Part shown: positions 9,830-24,160 of the stretch, in pieces
How positions within the stretch are numbered: position 1 is the first letter of the stretch
Layout of the letters: each line of letters opens with the position of its first letter
Source: Hemiscyllium ocellatum
Taxonomy: Eukaryota
NCBI RefSeq assembly: GCF_020745735.1
Contig: NC_083409.1
Span: forward strand, 11,401,052 to 11,465,051
Length of the DNA: 64,000 bases
Direction: 5' to 3'
The notes under the pieces: model-generated
What the model saw: the letters and a program-made list of their open reading frames with translations, nothing else
What the model was told of the DNA's origin: nothing
Database searches by the model: none
Position numbers and translations under genes: made by a program

Positions 9830-10690
9830 GAGGTAATATTGGAAGGATGCTTGTCAGACTGGAGGCCTGTGTTGAGTGGAGTGCCTCAGGGCTCAGTGCT
9901 GGCCCCATTACTGTTTGTTATCAATATTAATGGTTTGGATGAGAACCTGTAAGGCATGATTAGTAAGTTTGATGTGCAGGTCAGGTGAATTGGACATGTT
10001 AAATTGGCCATAGTCTTAGGTACATTAGTCAGAGGGAAATGTCTCTAAATGGGTTACTCTTCAGAGGGTCAGTGTGGATTGGTTGGGCCGAAGACCTGTT
10101 TCCACACTGGAGGGAATCGAATCTCTAATCCTGTACAGGATGTCAGTGAGGTCGTACTTGGAATATTGTATTGAGTTTGGTCACCTTGTTATAGGAAGGA
10201 TATTACTAAACCAGAAAGAGTACAGAAGAAATTGGCAAGGATGTTGCCTGGACTCAACAATCTGAGTTATAGGGAGAGGTTAGGCAAGTTGGACTTTTTT
10301 CTTCGAGCGTAGGAGACTGGTGGGGGAACTTTTAGAAGTGTATAAGATCATGAGAGACATGGACAGGGTTGGGGAATCGAGGATGAGAGGGCATCAGTTT
10401 AGTGTTAGAGAGGAATGAATAAAAGGGAACCTGAGGGGCAACATTTTTACACAGAGGGTGGCACGCATGTGGAATGAGATGCCAGCTGAAGTGATTGAGG
10501 TGGATACATTAACAACATTTAAAAGACATTTGGACAAATACATAGATAGGAAAACATTTGAAGGATATGGGCCAAGTGCAGGGAAATGGGGTTAGCATGG
10601 ATGGATATTTTGGTCAGCACGGTCCAGTTTGAACCAAAGGGCCTGTCTCTGTGCTGTAGGACTCGATCACTCTATGACTCTATAATTCCA
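9830..10690 (+). mobile_element. CR1 LINE 3' fragment with a nested HE1-like SINE 3' half (~9971-10130)
   Basis: SDWRPVLSGVPQGSVLAPLLF motif, interrupted by GATGTGCAGGTCAGGTGAATTGG..GGCC.GTTTCCACACT SINE sequence. Confidence 0.8.
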
Positions 10691-10719
10691 TATGTTTCCA
10701 TGTTTCTGAACAGTCTCTC

Positions 10720-11990
10720 AAACATAGAAACAAAGGAACTAGGAGCAAGAGGAGGCCATTCAGCCCTTCAAGTTGGCTCTGCCATTCAATATGACCATGG
10801 CTAATCATCCAACTTAGTCCCCTGCTCCCATTTTTTCTCCATAAAATTTAACCCCTTTAGTTCTAAGAATACACTTATCCTCTCTTGAAAATATTGAATG
10901 TTTTGGGCTCAACTGCTTTCTGTGACAGACTATCCCACTAGCTTCCCAGTCTCTGGCAAAAGAAATGTCTCCTCAGCTCAGTCTGAAATAACCTTTCCCT
11001 TTTCTTTAAACCATAATTCGTAGTTCTGGATTCCCCAGTCATCAGGAACATCCTCCCTGTGTTGTTCTAGTCTTGTCCTGTTCGGATTTTCAAGGTTACA
11101 ATATGATTCCTTTCAATCTTCTAAGTGCCAATGAATATAATCCTAACTGATCCAGTTTCTCATCAGATCTAAGTGCTGTCCTCCCAGGAATCAGTCTGGT
11201 AAACCTTCACTGCTCTCCCTCCACAGCCAAAACATCCTTCCTCAATTAAGGAGCCTGAAACTACCCACGACAGAATCATGAAATCACACAGTACAGAGGA
11301 GGCCCTTCAGCCCATTAACTGTGTACCAGCCAAACTACACTAAACCTACACCAGTCCCACTTTCCAACATGAGGCCCACAGCTTGAATGTTATGACATTT
11401 CAACTGCTCACCCAAGTACATTTTAAACTTTGTGAGGTTTCCCACCTCAACTCCCCTCTCAGGCTGTGCATTCCAGATGCACACCAACCTCTGGATGAAA
11501 AACATTTTCCTTAAAACATCTTGAAGCCTCCTAGCTTTCACATTGAATGTGAGTCAACTTGTTATTGACCCTCCCAAAAAGGAGAACAGCTGCTTTCTTT
11601 CCTCCCTGCCAATTCCCCTCATAACCTTATACACCTCTATCAGGTCCCCCCTCCACCTTCTCTGCTCTATAGAAAACAACCCGAGCTGATCCAATTTCTC
11701 TTCATCACTGAGAGGTTCCATCCCACACAACATCCTGGTGATTCCCCTCTGCACCCCATCCAGTGCAATCACATCCTTCCTACAGTGTGGTGACCTGAAC
11801 TGCACATAGTACTCCAGCTGTGGCCTCACCAATGTTCTGCTTAACTGCACCATCTCCTCCTGCTTTTATAACCGATACCTGACATGACAAAGGCAAGTGT
11901 CCCCTATGCCTTCATAACTGCTCTGTTAACCTGTCTTGCCATATTCAGGGATCAGTGGAGAAGCACCCCAAGATTACGCTGTTCCTTTGA
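10720..11990 (-). mobile_element. CR1 LINE 3' fragments
   Basis: ORF 11554-11853: LVRPQLEYYVQFRSPH.RKDVIALDGVQR..GDLIEVYK. Confidence 0.8.
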
Positions 11991-11999
11991 GCTTCCTCA

Positions 12000-14900
12000 G
12001 TTCAAAGACCAAAGAGCAATGAAAATTACAGCACAAGAACTGGCCCTTCGGCCCTACTAGACTGCACTGGTCCAAATCTTCCATCTAAACCTGTCATCAA
12101 TTTTCCAAGGGTCTATCTCCCTTTGCTCCCTGCCCATCCATGTATCTATCTAGATATATCTTAAATGATGCTATTGTGCCTGCCTCTACCACCTCCACTG
12201 GCAACGTGTTCCAGGACCAATCACTCTCTGTGTGAAGAACTTTCCATACATATCTCCCTTAAATGTTTCCACTCTCACCCTGAACTCATGACCCCGAGTA
12301 ATTGAGTCCCCCACTCTGGGAAAAAGCTTGTTGCTATCCACCCTGTCTATACCTCTCATGATTTTGTAGACCCTAATCAGGTTCCCCCCGCAACGTTCGA
12401 CTTTCTAATGAAAATAATCCTAATCTACTAAACCTCTCTTCATAGCTAGTGCCCTCCATACCAGGCAATCCTGGTGAACCTCCTCTGCACCCTCTCCAAA
12501 GCATCCACATCTTTCTGGTAATGTGGCAACCAGAACTGTACGCAGTATTCCAAATGTGGCCAGGCCAAAGTCTGATATAATTCTAATATGACCTTCCAAC
12601 TCTTGTGCTGAATACCACGTCTGGTGAAGGAAGGTATGCCATATGCCTTCCTGACCACTCTGTCGATCTGTGTTGTCACCTCCAGTGTACAATGGACCTG
12701 AACACCCAGGTCTCTCTGGCCATCAATTTTCCCAGGGTGTTCCATTCACCGTACAGTTTACTCCAGATTTGGATCTTCCAAATTTCTTCAGATCGCATTT
12801 GCCTGGTTTGAACTCCATCCGTCCGTTTCTCTGCCCAACTCTCCAATCTGTCTATATTCTGCTACATTCTCTGATGGTCCCTTTCAATATCTGCTACTCC
12901 ACCAATCTTAGAGTCATCTGCAAACTTGCTAATCAATCCACCTATACCTTCCTCCAGATCATTTATGTATATCAAAAACAAGAGCGGTACCAGCACAGAT
13001 TCCTGTTCTCCATTTTGAGAAACTCCTTCCATTACTACCGTCTGTCTTCTGTTGCCCAGCCTGTTCTCTATCCATCTAGTAAGTACACTCTGGACCCTAT
13101 GCGACTTAAATTTCTTTATCAGGCTGCCATGGGGAACTTTATCAAACGCATTCCTGAAATCCATGTGTATGACATCCATAGCCCTCCCTCATCAATCAAC
13201 TTAATCACTTCTTCAAAAAATTCTATAAAGATGGTAAGACATGACATTCCCTGCACAAATTCATGCTGCCTATAACTAATAAGTCAATTTTCTTCCAAAT
13301 ATAAATAGATCTTATCCCTCAGTATCTTCTCCAGCAGCTTCCTTACCACTACATCAGGCGTGTCACTGGTTCATAGTTGCCTGGATTATCCTGGCTACCC
13401 TTCTTAAACATTAGCAATTCTCCAGTCCTCTGGGACCTCATCCATGTTCAAAGTTGCTACAAAGATATTGATTAAGGCCCCAGCTATTTCCTCTCTTGCT
13501 TCCCTCAGTAACCTGGGATCAATCCCATCCCGACCTGGGGGCTTGTCCACCTGGATGCCTTTTAAAATACCCAACACTTCCTCCCTCCTTAAACCTACTT
13601 GACCCTGAATAAACAAACATCTATCCCCAACTTCAACATCTGTCATTTCCCCCTCCTTGGTGAATACCAACGTAAAGCACTCATTAAGAATCTCATCAAT
13701 TTTCTCTGACTCCACACATAACTTTCCTCCTTTGTCCTTGAGTGGGCCAACCCTTTCTCTAGTCACCCTCTTGCTCCTTATATATGAATAAAAGGATTTG
13801 GGATTTTCCTTAATCCTATTTGTTAATGATATTTTGTGACCCCTTTTAGCCCTTTTAATTCCTCACTTCAGATTGGTCCTACTTTCACGATATTCTTCCA
13901 AAGCTTTGCCTGTTTTCAGCTACCTCGACCATATGTATGCATCCTTTTTCCTCTTAGCTATGCTCACAATTTCATCTGTCATCCAGCGTTCCCTAATCCT
14001 GCCATTTCAATCCCTTATTTTCACAGGGACATGTCTGCCCTGACTCGAGTCAACCTCTCTTTAAAAGCCTCCCACATATCAAATATGGATTTCCCTTTAA
14101 ACAGCTACTCCCAATCCACATTCCCCAGCTCCTGCCAAATTTTGCTATAGTTGGCCTTCCCCCAGTTTAGCCATCTTCCTTTCGGACCACTCTCGTCTTT
14201 GTCCAGGAGTATTCTAAATCTTATGGAATTGTGGTCACTGTTACCAAAATAATCCCCTAGTGAAATTTCAACCACCTGGCCGGGCTCATTCCCCAATACC
14301 TGGCCCCTTCCTGAGTTAGATTATTTCCACATTACTCTGTAAAATCCTCCTGGATGCTCCTTACAAATTCTGCTCCATCTTAACTTCTAACATTGAGTGA
14401 ATCACAGTCAATGTTGGGAAAATTAAAATCTTCCATCACCACCACCTTGTTACTCCTACATCTTTCCATAATCTGTTTACATATTTGTACCTCTATCCCA
14501 CATTCACTCTTAGAGCCTTGTAGGATAGCACCGACATTGTTACTGCACCCTTCCTGTTTCTGAGCTCTGCCCATATTGCCCCACTGCTCGAGTCCTCCAT
14601 AGTGCCCTCCTTCAGCACACCTGTGATAACCACTCTGACCAATAATGCAACTCCTCCATCCCTTTTACCTCCCTCTCAAACCCATCGGATACCTCTGTAT
14701 CCTGGGATATTTAGTTGCCAATCTTGCCCTTCCCTCAACCACGTCTCAGTAATAGCAATAACATCATACTCCCAGATACTAATCCAAGCCCAAAATTCCT
14801 CTGCCTTACCTACTACGCTTCTCACATTAAAACAATACACCTCAGACCATCTGTCCCTTTGCTTTCATCATCTGCCCCCGACCTACTCTTAACCTTAGTC

Positions 14901-15480
14901 ACGCTAACTTCAATATCTAGTTCCTGACAGGCTTTAGTTACTCCCTCCTTATTGTCCACTAACTTCCTCATTTGGTTCCCATCCCTCTGCTACACTATTT
15001 TGAACGTGATCAAACATATCCCACAGGACACTGGTTTCAGTCCTGCCCAGGTGTAGACCACTCGATTTGTAATTGTCCCACCTCCCCAGGAACCAGTCCC
15101 AATGTCCCAAAAATCTGAACCCCTCCCTCCTGCACCATCTCTCAGGCCACGCATTCATCCTGCCTATACTTTCATTTCGACTCTGACTAGCACATGGCAC
15201 TGGGAGCAATCCTGAGATTACTACCTCTGAGATCCTACATTTTAATATGGTTCCTAACTCCCTAAATTCTGCTTGTCGGACCTCATCCCATTTATTACCA
15301 ATATCATCGGTGCCTACATGAACCGTCACAGTTAGCTGTTTACCTCCCCCTTCAGAATGTCCTGTAGCCGATCTGAGACATCCCTGAGCCGTACAGCTGG
15401 GAGGCAACATGCTATTCGTGAGTCTTGTCTTTGACCACAGAACCGCCGATCTACTCCCTTTACAAAGTCCAAACAAACCG
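12000..15480 (-). mobile_element. Long decayed CR1 LINE: ORF1 esterase domain plus ORF2 endonuclease/RT
   Basis: 14949-15509 SGNH/GDSL-like (VHVGTDDIG..VVISGLLPVP..GLHL); 14380-14574 DFNFPNID; 12862-13179 YINDL..SKFADD. Confidence 0.9.
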
Positions 15481-16329
15481 TGTCCATGGGCCCCCCTTAT
15501 CAAATCCACTCACTACATCCTCAAACAATTCCAGTCGATTTTTTAAGCATGATTTCCCTTTCGAAAATTCATGCTTACTATCTCCAGTTCTGTCACTGTT
15601 TTCAAAGTGCTAAGCTATCAAATATTTTGTAATGAACTTGAGCATTTTCTCCACTGCTGATTTCTAGCTAATTGGTCTAAAATGTTTGATTTTCCCCCTC
15701 TCTATCTCTCTCTCTCTCTTTCAATAATCGTGTTAAATTAGCTCCCTCCACTCTGTTTGACCTATTCCACAGTCGACAAACAGATAACCATCAATGTTTC
15801 TAATATTTTACAACCCACTTCCGGAAGCACTCCTGAAAATAGATTATTTGGCCCTGCTGATTTAACACACTTTAATTTTGCCAGAACCATTTTCCTCAAC
15901 AACTGATTTCCTTCAGCTCATTCCTCTGATAAAACCCCAAGTTCACCAACATGTCTGAGATTTATTTGAGAATTCATTTGTGCAGCAAGATCCAGAATAT
16001 GTTTATCTGTCATCTCTTTGTTCCAACGATAACATTATAACACTTATGTGAAACTTCCTTGAATGTCATCTGGACGTCCATATAAACAACACATTCCCTT
16101 ATCTCCCACATTAGTGACCTCGTTAAAACATGTAACCAGGTTAGTTAAAAATGTCTGACCCTTTTTAAATCCATGCTGACTTACTCTGATCTGTTCATAT
16201 TTGTCAGACATTCTGTCTCTAAACCAGATTCAATTACTTCCCAACAATAGACATTCAATGGAGATGTTCATTGTGAGTGAGGTTAGTAAACAGCTAGCAC
16301 TGACATGACGGGCTGAACAGCCTCCTCCT

Positions 16330-19300
16330 AGAGTCACAGAGTCAAAGAGATATTCAGAATGGAAACAGACCCTTCGGTCCAACTTGTCCATGCTGACCAG
16401 ACATCCCAAACCAATCTAGTCCCACTTGCCAACTCCTGGCCCAGATCCCTCCAAACCCTTCCAATTCATATACCCATTCAGATGCCTTTTAAATGTTGCA
16501 ATTGTACCAGCCTCTACCACTTCCTCTGCTCTCACCACCTTGTGCATGAAAAAGTTGCTCCTCAAGTCTCTTTTATATCTTTCCCCTCTTACCCTAAACC
16601 TATGCCCTCTATTACTGGACTCCACCACCCCAGGGAAAAGACTTGGTCTCTTTGCCCTATCCATGCCCCTCATGATTTCATAAACCTCTGTAAGGTCACT
16701 CCTCAGCCTCCGACACTCCAGGGGAAATATCCCCAGCCTATTTAACCTCTCCCTATAGCTTAAATCCTCCAACCCTGGTAACATCCTTTTATATCTTTTC
16801 CGAACCCTTTCAAGTTTCACAACATCTTTCTGATAGGAAGGAGACCAGAATTGAATGCAATACTTCAAAAGTGGCCTAGGTGACCTCCCAATTCCTATAC
16901 TCAATAATCTGACCATTAAAGGAAAGCATATCGAATGTCTTCTTCATTATCCTATCCAACTACTACTCTACTTTCAAGGAGCTATGAACATGCACTCTAA
17001 AGTCTCTTTGTTCAGCAACACTCCCGAGGACCTTACTATTAAGAGTATAAGTCCTGCTCAGATTTGCTTTCCCAAATGCAGCACCTTACATTTATCTAAA
17101 TTAAACTCCATCTGCCATTCCTCAGCTCAATTGCCCATTGGATCAAGATCCTATTGTAATCTGACGTAACCTTCTTCACTGTCCACTTCACCTCCAATTT
17201 TCGTGTCATTTGCAAACTTACTAACTCTACCGCCTATGTTCATATCCAAATCATTTATGTAAATGACAAAAAGTAGTTGACCCAGCACCAATCCTTATGA
17301 CACTCCACTGGCCACAGGCCTCCAATCTGAAAAACATCCCTCCACTACCACCCTCTGTATTCTACCTTTGAGCCAGTTCTGTATCCAAATGGCTAGTTCT
17401 CCTGTATTCCATGAGATCTAACCTTGCTAACCTGTCTCCCATGGGGAACCTTGTCAAATGCCTTATTGAAGTCCATTCAGATCCTGTCTAATGCTCTGCC
17501 CTTATCAATTCTTTCTGTTACTTCTTCAAAAGATTCAATCAAGTTTGTGAGACATGATTTCCCACACACAAAACCATGCTGCCCAACCCTAATCAGTCTT
17601 TGCCTTTCCAAATGTATGGACAATTTGTCCCTCAGGATTCCGGCTCATTGGTCTACAATTCCCTGACTTGTCCTTACCACCTTTCTTAAATAGTGGCACC
17701 AATTAGTGAACCTCCAGTCTTCTGGCACATCATCTGTGACTATTGAGGATACAAATATCACAGTAAGAGGCCCAGCAATCACTTCCCTAGCTTCCCACAG
17801 AGTCCTAGGGTACACCTAATTAGGTCCTGGGGATTTATCCACTTTTATGCATTTCAAGACATCTAGCACCTCCTCGTCTGAAATATGAACATTTTTCAAG
17901 ATGTCACCATCTATTACCTTACGTTCTATATCTTCAATATCCTTCTCCACAATTAAACTGAAGCAAAATACTCGTTTAGTATCTGCCCCATCTCCTGCGG
18001 CTCCACACAAAGGTCGCCTTGCTGATCTTTGAGGGGCCCTATTCTCTCCTTAGTTACTCTCTTGTCCTTAATGTATTCGTAAAACCCCTCTGGATTCTCC
18101 TTAACCTTATTTGCCAAAACATTCTCATGTCCCCTTGTTGCCCTCCTGATTTCCCTCTTAAGAATACTCCTACTGCCTTTGTATACCTCTCAGGATTCAC
18201 TCGATCTATCCTGTCTATACCTGACATATGCTCCATTCTTTTTCTTAACCAAACCCTCAATGTTTCTTGTCATCCAATATTCCCTTCACCTACCAGCCTT
18301 TCCTTTCACCCTAACTAAAATATACTTTCTCTGGACTCAAGTTATCTCATTTCTGAAGGCTTCTCATTTTCCAGCTGTCCCTTTACCTGTGAGCAACTTC
18401 CCCCAATCAGCTTTTCAGAGTTTTAGATTAGATTACTTAGTGTGGAAACAGGCCCTTCAGCCCAACAAGTCCAGACGGACCCTCCGAAGAGCAACCCACC
18501 CAGACCCATTCCCCTATGTTTATCCCTTCACCTAACACTATGGACAATTTAGCATGGCCAATTCACCTAACCTGCACTTTTTTAGACTGGGGGAGGAAAC
18601 CCACGCCGACATGGGGAGTATGTGCAAACTGCACACAGACAGTTGCCTGAGGTGGGAATTGAACCCGGGGCACTGGCACTGTGAGGCAGCAGTGTTAACC
18701 ACTGTGCCACCGTGCCTGATACTGGCAAAATTAGCCTTCCTCCAATTTAGAACTTCAACTTCTGGATCTGGTCTATCCTTTTCCATCACTATTTTAAAAT
18801 GAATAGAATTATGGTCGCTGACCAAAAGTGCTCCTCCACTTGCACCTCAGTCACCTGCCCTGCCTTATTTCCAAGAGTAGGTCGAGCTTTGCACCTTCTC
18901 TAGGAGGTACATCCACATACTGAATCAGAAAATTGTCTTGTACACACTTAACATATTCCTCTCCATCTAAATTCTTAACACTATGGCAGTCCCAGTCTAT
19001 GTTTGGAAAGTTAAAATCCCCTACTATAACCACCCCATTATTCTTACTGATAACTGAAATCTCCTTAAAAATCTATTTCTCAATTTCCCGCTGACTACTG
19101 GAGGGGGGCTATAATATAATCCCAAGAAGGTGATTATCCCCTTCTTTTTTCTCAGTTCCACCCAAATAACTTCCCTGGATGTATTTCTGGGAATATCCTC
19201 CCTAAGTACAGCTGTAATGCTATCCCTCATCAAAAATGCCACTCCCCCTCCTCTCTTGCCTCCCTTTCTGACCTTCCCGTAGCATTTGTATCCTAGAACA

Positions 19301-20225
19301 TGAAACAGCCAGTCCTGTCTATCCCCGAGCCATGTTTCTGTAATTGCTATGATATCCCAGTCCCATGTTCCTAACCACGCCCTATGTTCATCTTCCTTCC
19401 CTGTTAGGCCTCTTGCACTGAAATAAATGCAGTTTAATTTATCAGTCTTACCTTGTTCTCTGCTTTGTCCCTGCCTGCCCTGACTGTTTGACTTGCCTTT
19501 GTTCTCAACTGTACCAATCTTAGATTGAAATCTTTCCTCACTATCTCCCTGGGTCCCTCCCACCCATCTTACTAGTTAAATCCTCCCGAGCAGCTCTAGC
19601 AAATCTCCCTGCCAGTATATTAGTCCCCTTCCAATTTAGATGCAATCTGTCCTTCTTGTTCAGGTCACTTCTACCTCAAAACAGCTTCCAAAGATCCAAA
19701 AATGTGAATCCTTCTCCCATACACCAGCTCCTTAGCCATGCATTCATCTGCTCTATCCTCCTATTCCTGCCCTCACTAGCTCATAGCACTGGGGGTAATT
19801 TAGATATTACTACTCTCGAGGATCTCCTTTTTAAATTCCTGCCTAACTCTCTGCAATCTCCCTTCAGAATCTCAACCTTTTCCCTTCCTATGTCGTTGGT
19901 TCCAAAGTGTACAATGGCCTCCTGCTGGTCCCTCTCCACCTTAAGAACATTCTGCACCTTCCCTGAGACATCCTTGATCCTGGCCCCAGGGAAGCAACAC
20001 ACCATTCTGATTTTTCACTGCTGGCCACAGAAACGTCTTCTGTTCCTCGGGCTCGAGAGTCCCCTAACACAGTCGATCATTTGGAACCCGACGTACCTCC
20101 CATTACATTAGAGCCAGTGTCAATACCAGGAACTTGGCTGCTCATGCTAAGTACCCCTGAGTTTCCATCACTCCCTACATTTTCCAAAGCAGCATACTTG
20201 TTTGAAATGGGAATAGCCACAGAAG
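16330..20225 (-). mobile_element. Second long decayed CR1 LINE (esterase ORF1, endonuclease, RT)
   Basis: 19781-20005 CFPGARIKDV..VHFGTNDIG; 19024-19563 DIIAITETWL..GGGVA; 18851-19033 GDFNFP; 16416-16916 RT C-terminus. Confidence 0.9.
18424..18716 (-). mobile_element. HE1-like tRNA-derived SINE nested in CR1
   Basis: On the - strand: GGCACGGTGGCACAGTGGTTAACACTGCTGCCTCAC..GGGTTCAATTCC (A/B boxes), body, GGGCCTGTTTCCACACT tail and (TAATC)n. Confidence 0.85.
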
Positions 20226-20229
20226 ACAC

Positions 20230-23200
20230 CTGCACCTCTCTGGCCTTTCCTGAAGTTATGGTAAGAGCCCATGGGATCCAAGGCATTTTGGCAAATTGGA
20301 TCCAAATATGAGGCAAAGAGTGATGGTGGAGGGTTGTCTTTCTGATTGGAAGCCTGTGACCAGTGGTTTTAGGCAGGGATTGGGGCTGGGACCCTTGCTG
20401 TTTGTAATGTACATTAACAAATTGACTGTGATTGTATAATTAGAAAGTTTTCAGAGGCCACATAAATTGGTGGTGTTATTGATATTGATTTGATTTTTAT
20501 TTTAGTTTATTGTCACATGTACTCGAGTGCAAAAGTATTGGAGTACAGTGAAAAGTGTGTAACGTCACCTCACAAGGTGCCATCTTAGGTACAAGGACCT
20601 CAGTACAGAATCGTAAGAACAAGGTAGAAAGAAAGAATAAAGTTCAAAGTTACACGTTGCAGATCTTTTTAGTTTTAAGTAGAAAATGAAGAAATAAAGC
20701 TGAAAGTTCAAGAATTATAGCCTTTCTTTAGAACTTAGCAACCATGGGATCATACTTTAAGTAATCATCTCGAGTCCAGAAGTCCGGGCTGAGGCCTTCC
20801 CTGGTGGAGAGGCCACCATATACAGAAAGGACCACTATGTGGGCTGAGAGACACCCACTCTGGGCCACTCAGAAATCGCTACACTAGGCCAAGTGACCAT
20901 CACGCTGGGCTGACAGTCTAGCATGCTGGGCTGAGAGGCCACCACATTGAACTGAGAGGCCATCATGTTGGACCAAGAGTCTGTCTTGTTGGGCTGGAAG
21001 ATCTCCCTGCCAGGCAAGGACACTGCCACACCAAGCCAGGAGGCCACATCATTAGGTCTGCACTTGGTCAGAGGCCTGGCGACTGAGGCTGGGAGTCGGT
21101 GCCCAGGAGAAGAAATAAGGGAGAAGAACAAAAGAAAAACACAAAAGAAAAGGAAAAGAGAAGTGGAATAGAAAGAAGAAAAGGAAACAGACGAAGCAGA
21201 TGAACTCGGGCTGAAGCATCCTACTCTGCTGCCATCTTGGATTACTGGGTCTCAGGCTACAGTCTGATATTGGTCAGCTGGTAACTTGGGCAGAGCAATG
21301 GCAGATGTAATTTAATCCTGATACCTCTGAGGTGATCTAACTTGGGAGGTCTAATAAGGGAAGGATATACACAATGAAAGGCATGTGCCTTGAGTGTCCT
21401 TATGCATGAATCACAGAGGGTTGGTTACAGGTACAACAAGCAATTAGGAAGGCAAATGGAATTTTGTCCTTCATTGCTAAAGGGATTGAGTTTAAAAAGC
21501 GGGAAGGTTATGTTGCAGCTGTACAGGGTGTTGGTGAGGCCACACCTGGAGTACTGCGTGCAGTAATAGTCTCCTTACTTGAAAAAGGCTATACTGGCAC
21601 TAGAGGGGTGCAGAGAAAGTTCACTCGGCTGATTCTGGGGTGGAGGGGGTTGGCTTATGAAGGGAGACTGCATAGACTGGGATATATTCATTGGAACTTA
21701 GAAGAATGAGGGGAACCTTATAGAAACAAATAAAATTATAAAGAGAATAGATAAGACAGAAGTAGAGAGGATGTTCCCACTGGCAGGTGAAACTAAAACA
21801 TGAGGGTTTTACCTCAAAATTAGGGGGAGCAGATTTAGGACTGAATTGAGAAGGAACATCTTCATCCAGAGGGTCATAAATCTATGAAATTCCTTGCTCA
21901 ATGAAGAAAGTGATGCTACTTCATTAAATGTTTTAAAACTAAGATAGATTTTTCTCACAACAAAGGAATTAAGAGATACAGTGAGAGCAAATGCCAGGTC
22001 TTGCACTTTAGAAAAAATAATATAGGCATGGTCTATGTTCTAAACGGTGAGAAAATTCCTAAAGCCAAAATACAAAGGGATCTAGGAATGCTAGTCCTGG
22101 ATTCTCTAAAGATTCACTTGCAGGTTGAGTCTATGGTTAAGAAAGCAAATGTAATGTTGTAATTTATCTCAAGAGGATTGGAATGTAAAATGAGATGTGC
22201 TGCTGAGACTTTATAAAGCTCTGGTTAAGCCCAATTTAAAACACTGTGTCCAGTTTTTGGTCCCACACCTCAGAAAGAACATACTGGCACTGGACCGTGT
22301 CCAGTGGAGATTCACAAGGATGAGCCCTGGAATGGTAAGCCTAATATATGATGAATGACCAAGGATCCTGGGATTGTATTCATTCGAGTTTAGAAGGTTA
22401 AGGGGAGATCTAATAGAAACTTACAAGATAATGCATGGCTCAGAAAGGTTGGATGCTGGGAAATTGTTTCCGTTAGGTAGGGATACTAGCATCCGTGGGC
22501 ACCTCCTTAGAGTTAGAGGGGGTCAGCTTAAAATGGAATTGAGGAGACATTTCTTCAGCTAGAGAGTTATGGGCCTGTGAAATTCATTGCCACAGAGCAC
22601 AGTGGTGGTGGAGATATTAAATGTCTTCAAGGTAGAGATTGATAAATTCTTAATCTTGCAATGAATTAAGGGCTACAGGGAGAGTGCGGGTAACTGTCGT
22701 TAAATGCCCATCACCCATGATTGAATGGCCGAGTGGACTCGATGGGTCAAATGGCCTTACTTCCACTCCTATGTCTTATGGTCTTATGTGGAACTGAGTC
22801 ATGAAAAGATCAACCATGATCTTATTGAATGGCAGAGCAGGGTTGAAGGGCCAGATGGCGTCCTCTTGCTCCTAGTTCTTATGTTCTTATATTCATTGGG
22901 AGTACTGAGGAATGAAGGGACCTTGGTGTACAAGTCCATCAATCCCAGAAGGCATCAACTCGACAGGGTGGTGAAGAAAGCATATGGGATGCTTGTCATC
23001 ATTAGCCAGGGTGTAGAATATAGAAAGGAAGAATTCTTGTTGTTACCTGACAGAGCATTGGTTAGGTCATGTCTGGAATACTGTGCACATTTCTGGTCAT
23101 GACACTGTTGGAAGAACATGATTGGACTGGAGAGGATGCAGAGGAGATTAACCAGAATGTTCCCTGGGATGGAAAGTGTTAGTTCTGAGGAGAGACTGGA

Positions 23201-23585
23201 TAGACTGGGTCTGTTTTCTCTGGGGGGAATCTGATTGAGGTATACAAAAATATGAAAGGCATAGTCAAAGTCAATTGTGAGAATCTTTTCCCCATGTCAG
23301 ACATGTCTATGACCAGAGGGAATAAGCTTACCGTGTGAAAATGTGGTTTAGACGGGTTGAGGACTTGTTTTCCCCAGAGGGTGGTAGAAATATGGAAGGT
23401 GCTGCTTGAGAAGGTGGTGGAGGCAGCTCCTCTCACAACATTTAAGAAACATCCAGATGAGCACATAAAATGCCAGGGCATGGAAGGCTATGGACCAACT
23501 GCAGGTAAATGGAGTTTGGTGATTACTGATTGGCATCAACATGTCGACAAACAGAAGGGCCTGTTTGTTTGCTGTATGACTCTAT
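20230..23585 (+). mobile_element. Array of CR1 3' fragments, interrupted at 20505-21243
   Basis: LANWIQ..SDWKPVTSG..GPLLF, YSFEFRRLRGDLIETYK, CLEYCAHFWS motifs. Confidence 0.8.
20505..21243 (-). mobile_element. Probable non-autonomous retroelement with an internal 21-bp tandem repeat
   Basis: On the - strand begins CCAAGATGGCAGC and ends GTACATGTGACAATAAA. Contains ~10 copies of TGGGCTGAGAGGCCACCACAT-like units at ~20839-21070. CR1 sequence continues on both sides. Confidence 0.55.
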
Positions 23586-24046
23586 GACAATGAAGAGAAG
23601 GATGTGGAAGCATTTTTCATGTTGTTTCAGAAGATAGCAACACAAGTGAGGTGGGAAAAACAGGTTGGACCTTGCCCATGCAAAATGAACTTGAGAAGCA
23701 CAAGAGGTTTCTACATCCCTGTCAGAGGAATGTTCTCGGGATCATGAGGAAGTGAAATCAGCTATTCTAAGCACATATGAGTTGGCCCCAGAAACATACA
23801 GACAGATGTTTCAGAATGGACACAAACAGCCTGGACAAACCTCTACTGAGTTTAAGAGAGTTTAACAAAATAATATTGACAGGTGGATAAGAGCATTAAC
23901 AGCTGAGAATACTTACAATGCTCTCAGAGAAGTTATCTTTTGAGAAGAATTTAAAGCTTCCTTCCCTTCTAGAGTTAGAAATTAATGTCGAAGACCAAAG
24001 GGGAACGACAGTAAGACAAACAGCTACAATGGCTAATGATGATAGA

Positions 24047-24160
24047 CTTTGTTAAAGCCAAAACCCTGCAGATGCTGGAATCCAAAGTAGACAAACAGGA
24101 GGCGGGAAGAGCACAACAAGCCAAGCAGCATCAGGTGGTGGAGAAGTCACCTGATGGGAG
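24047..24160 (-). mobile_element. Penelope pseudo-LTR fragment inserted in Gypsy gag
   Basis: Reverse complement matches the 3' end of the Penelope-like element at 55530-55600 (CTGATGCTGC..TTGCTGTG..CCTCCTG). Confidence 0.7.

Noticed and set aside
23746-23757. Third GAGGAAGTGAAA (EICE) match
   Set aside because: Lies inside Gypsy gag-derived sequence with no accompanying conserved block.
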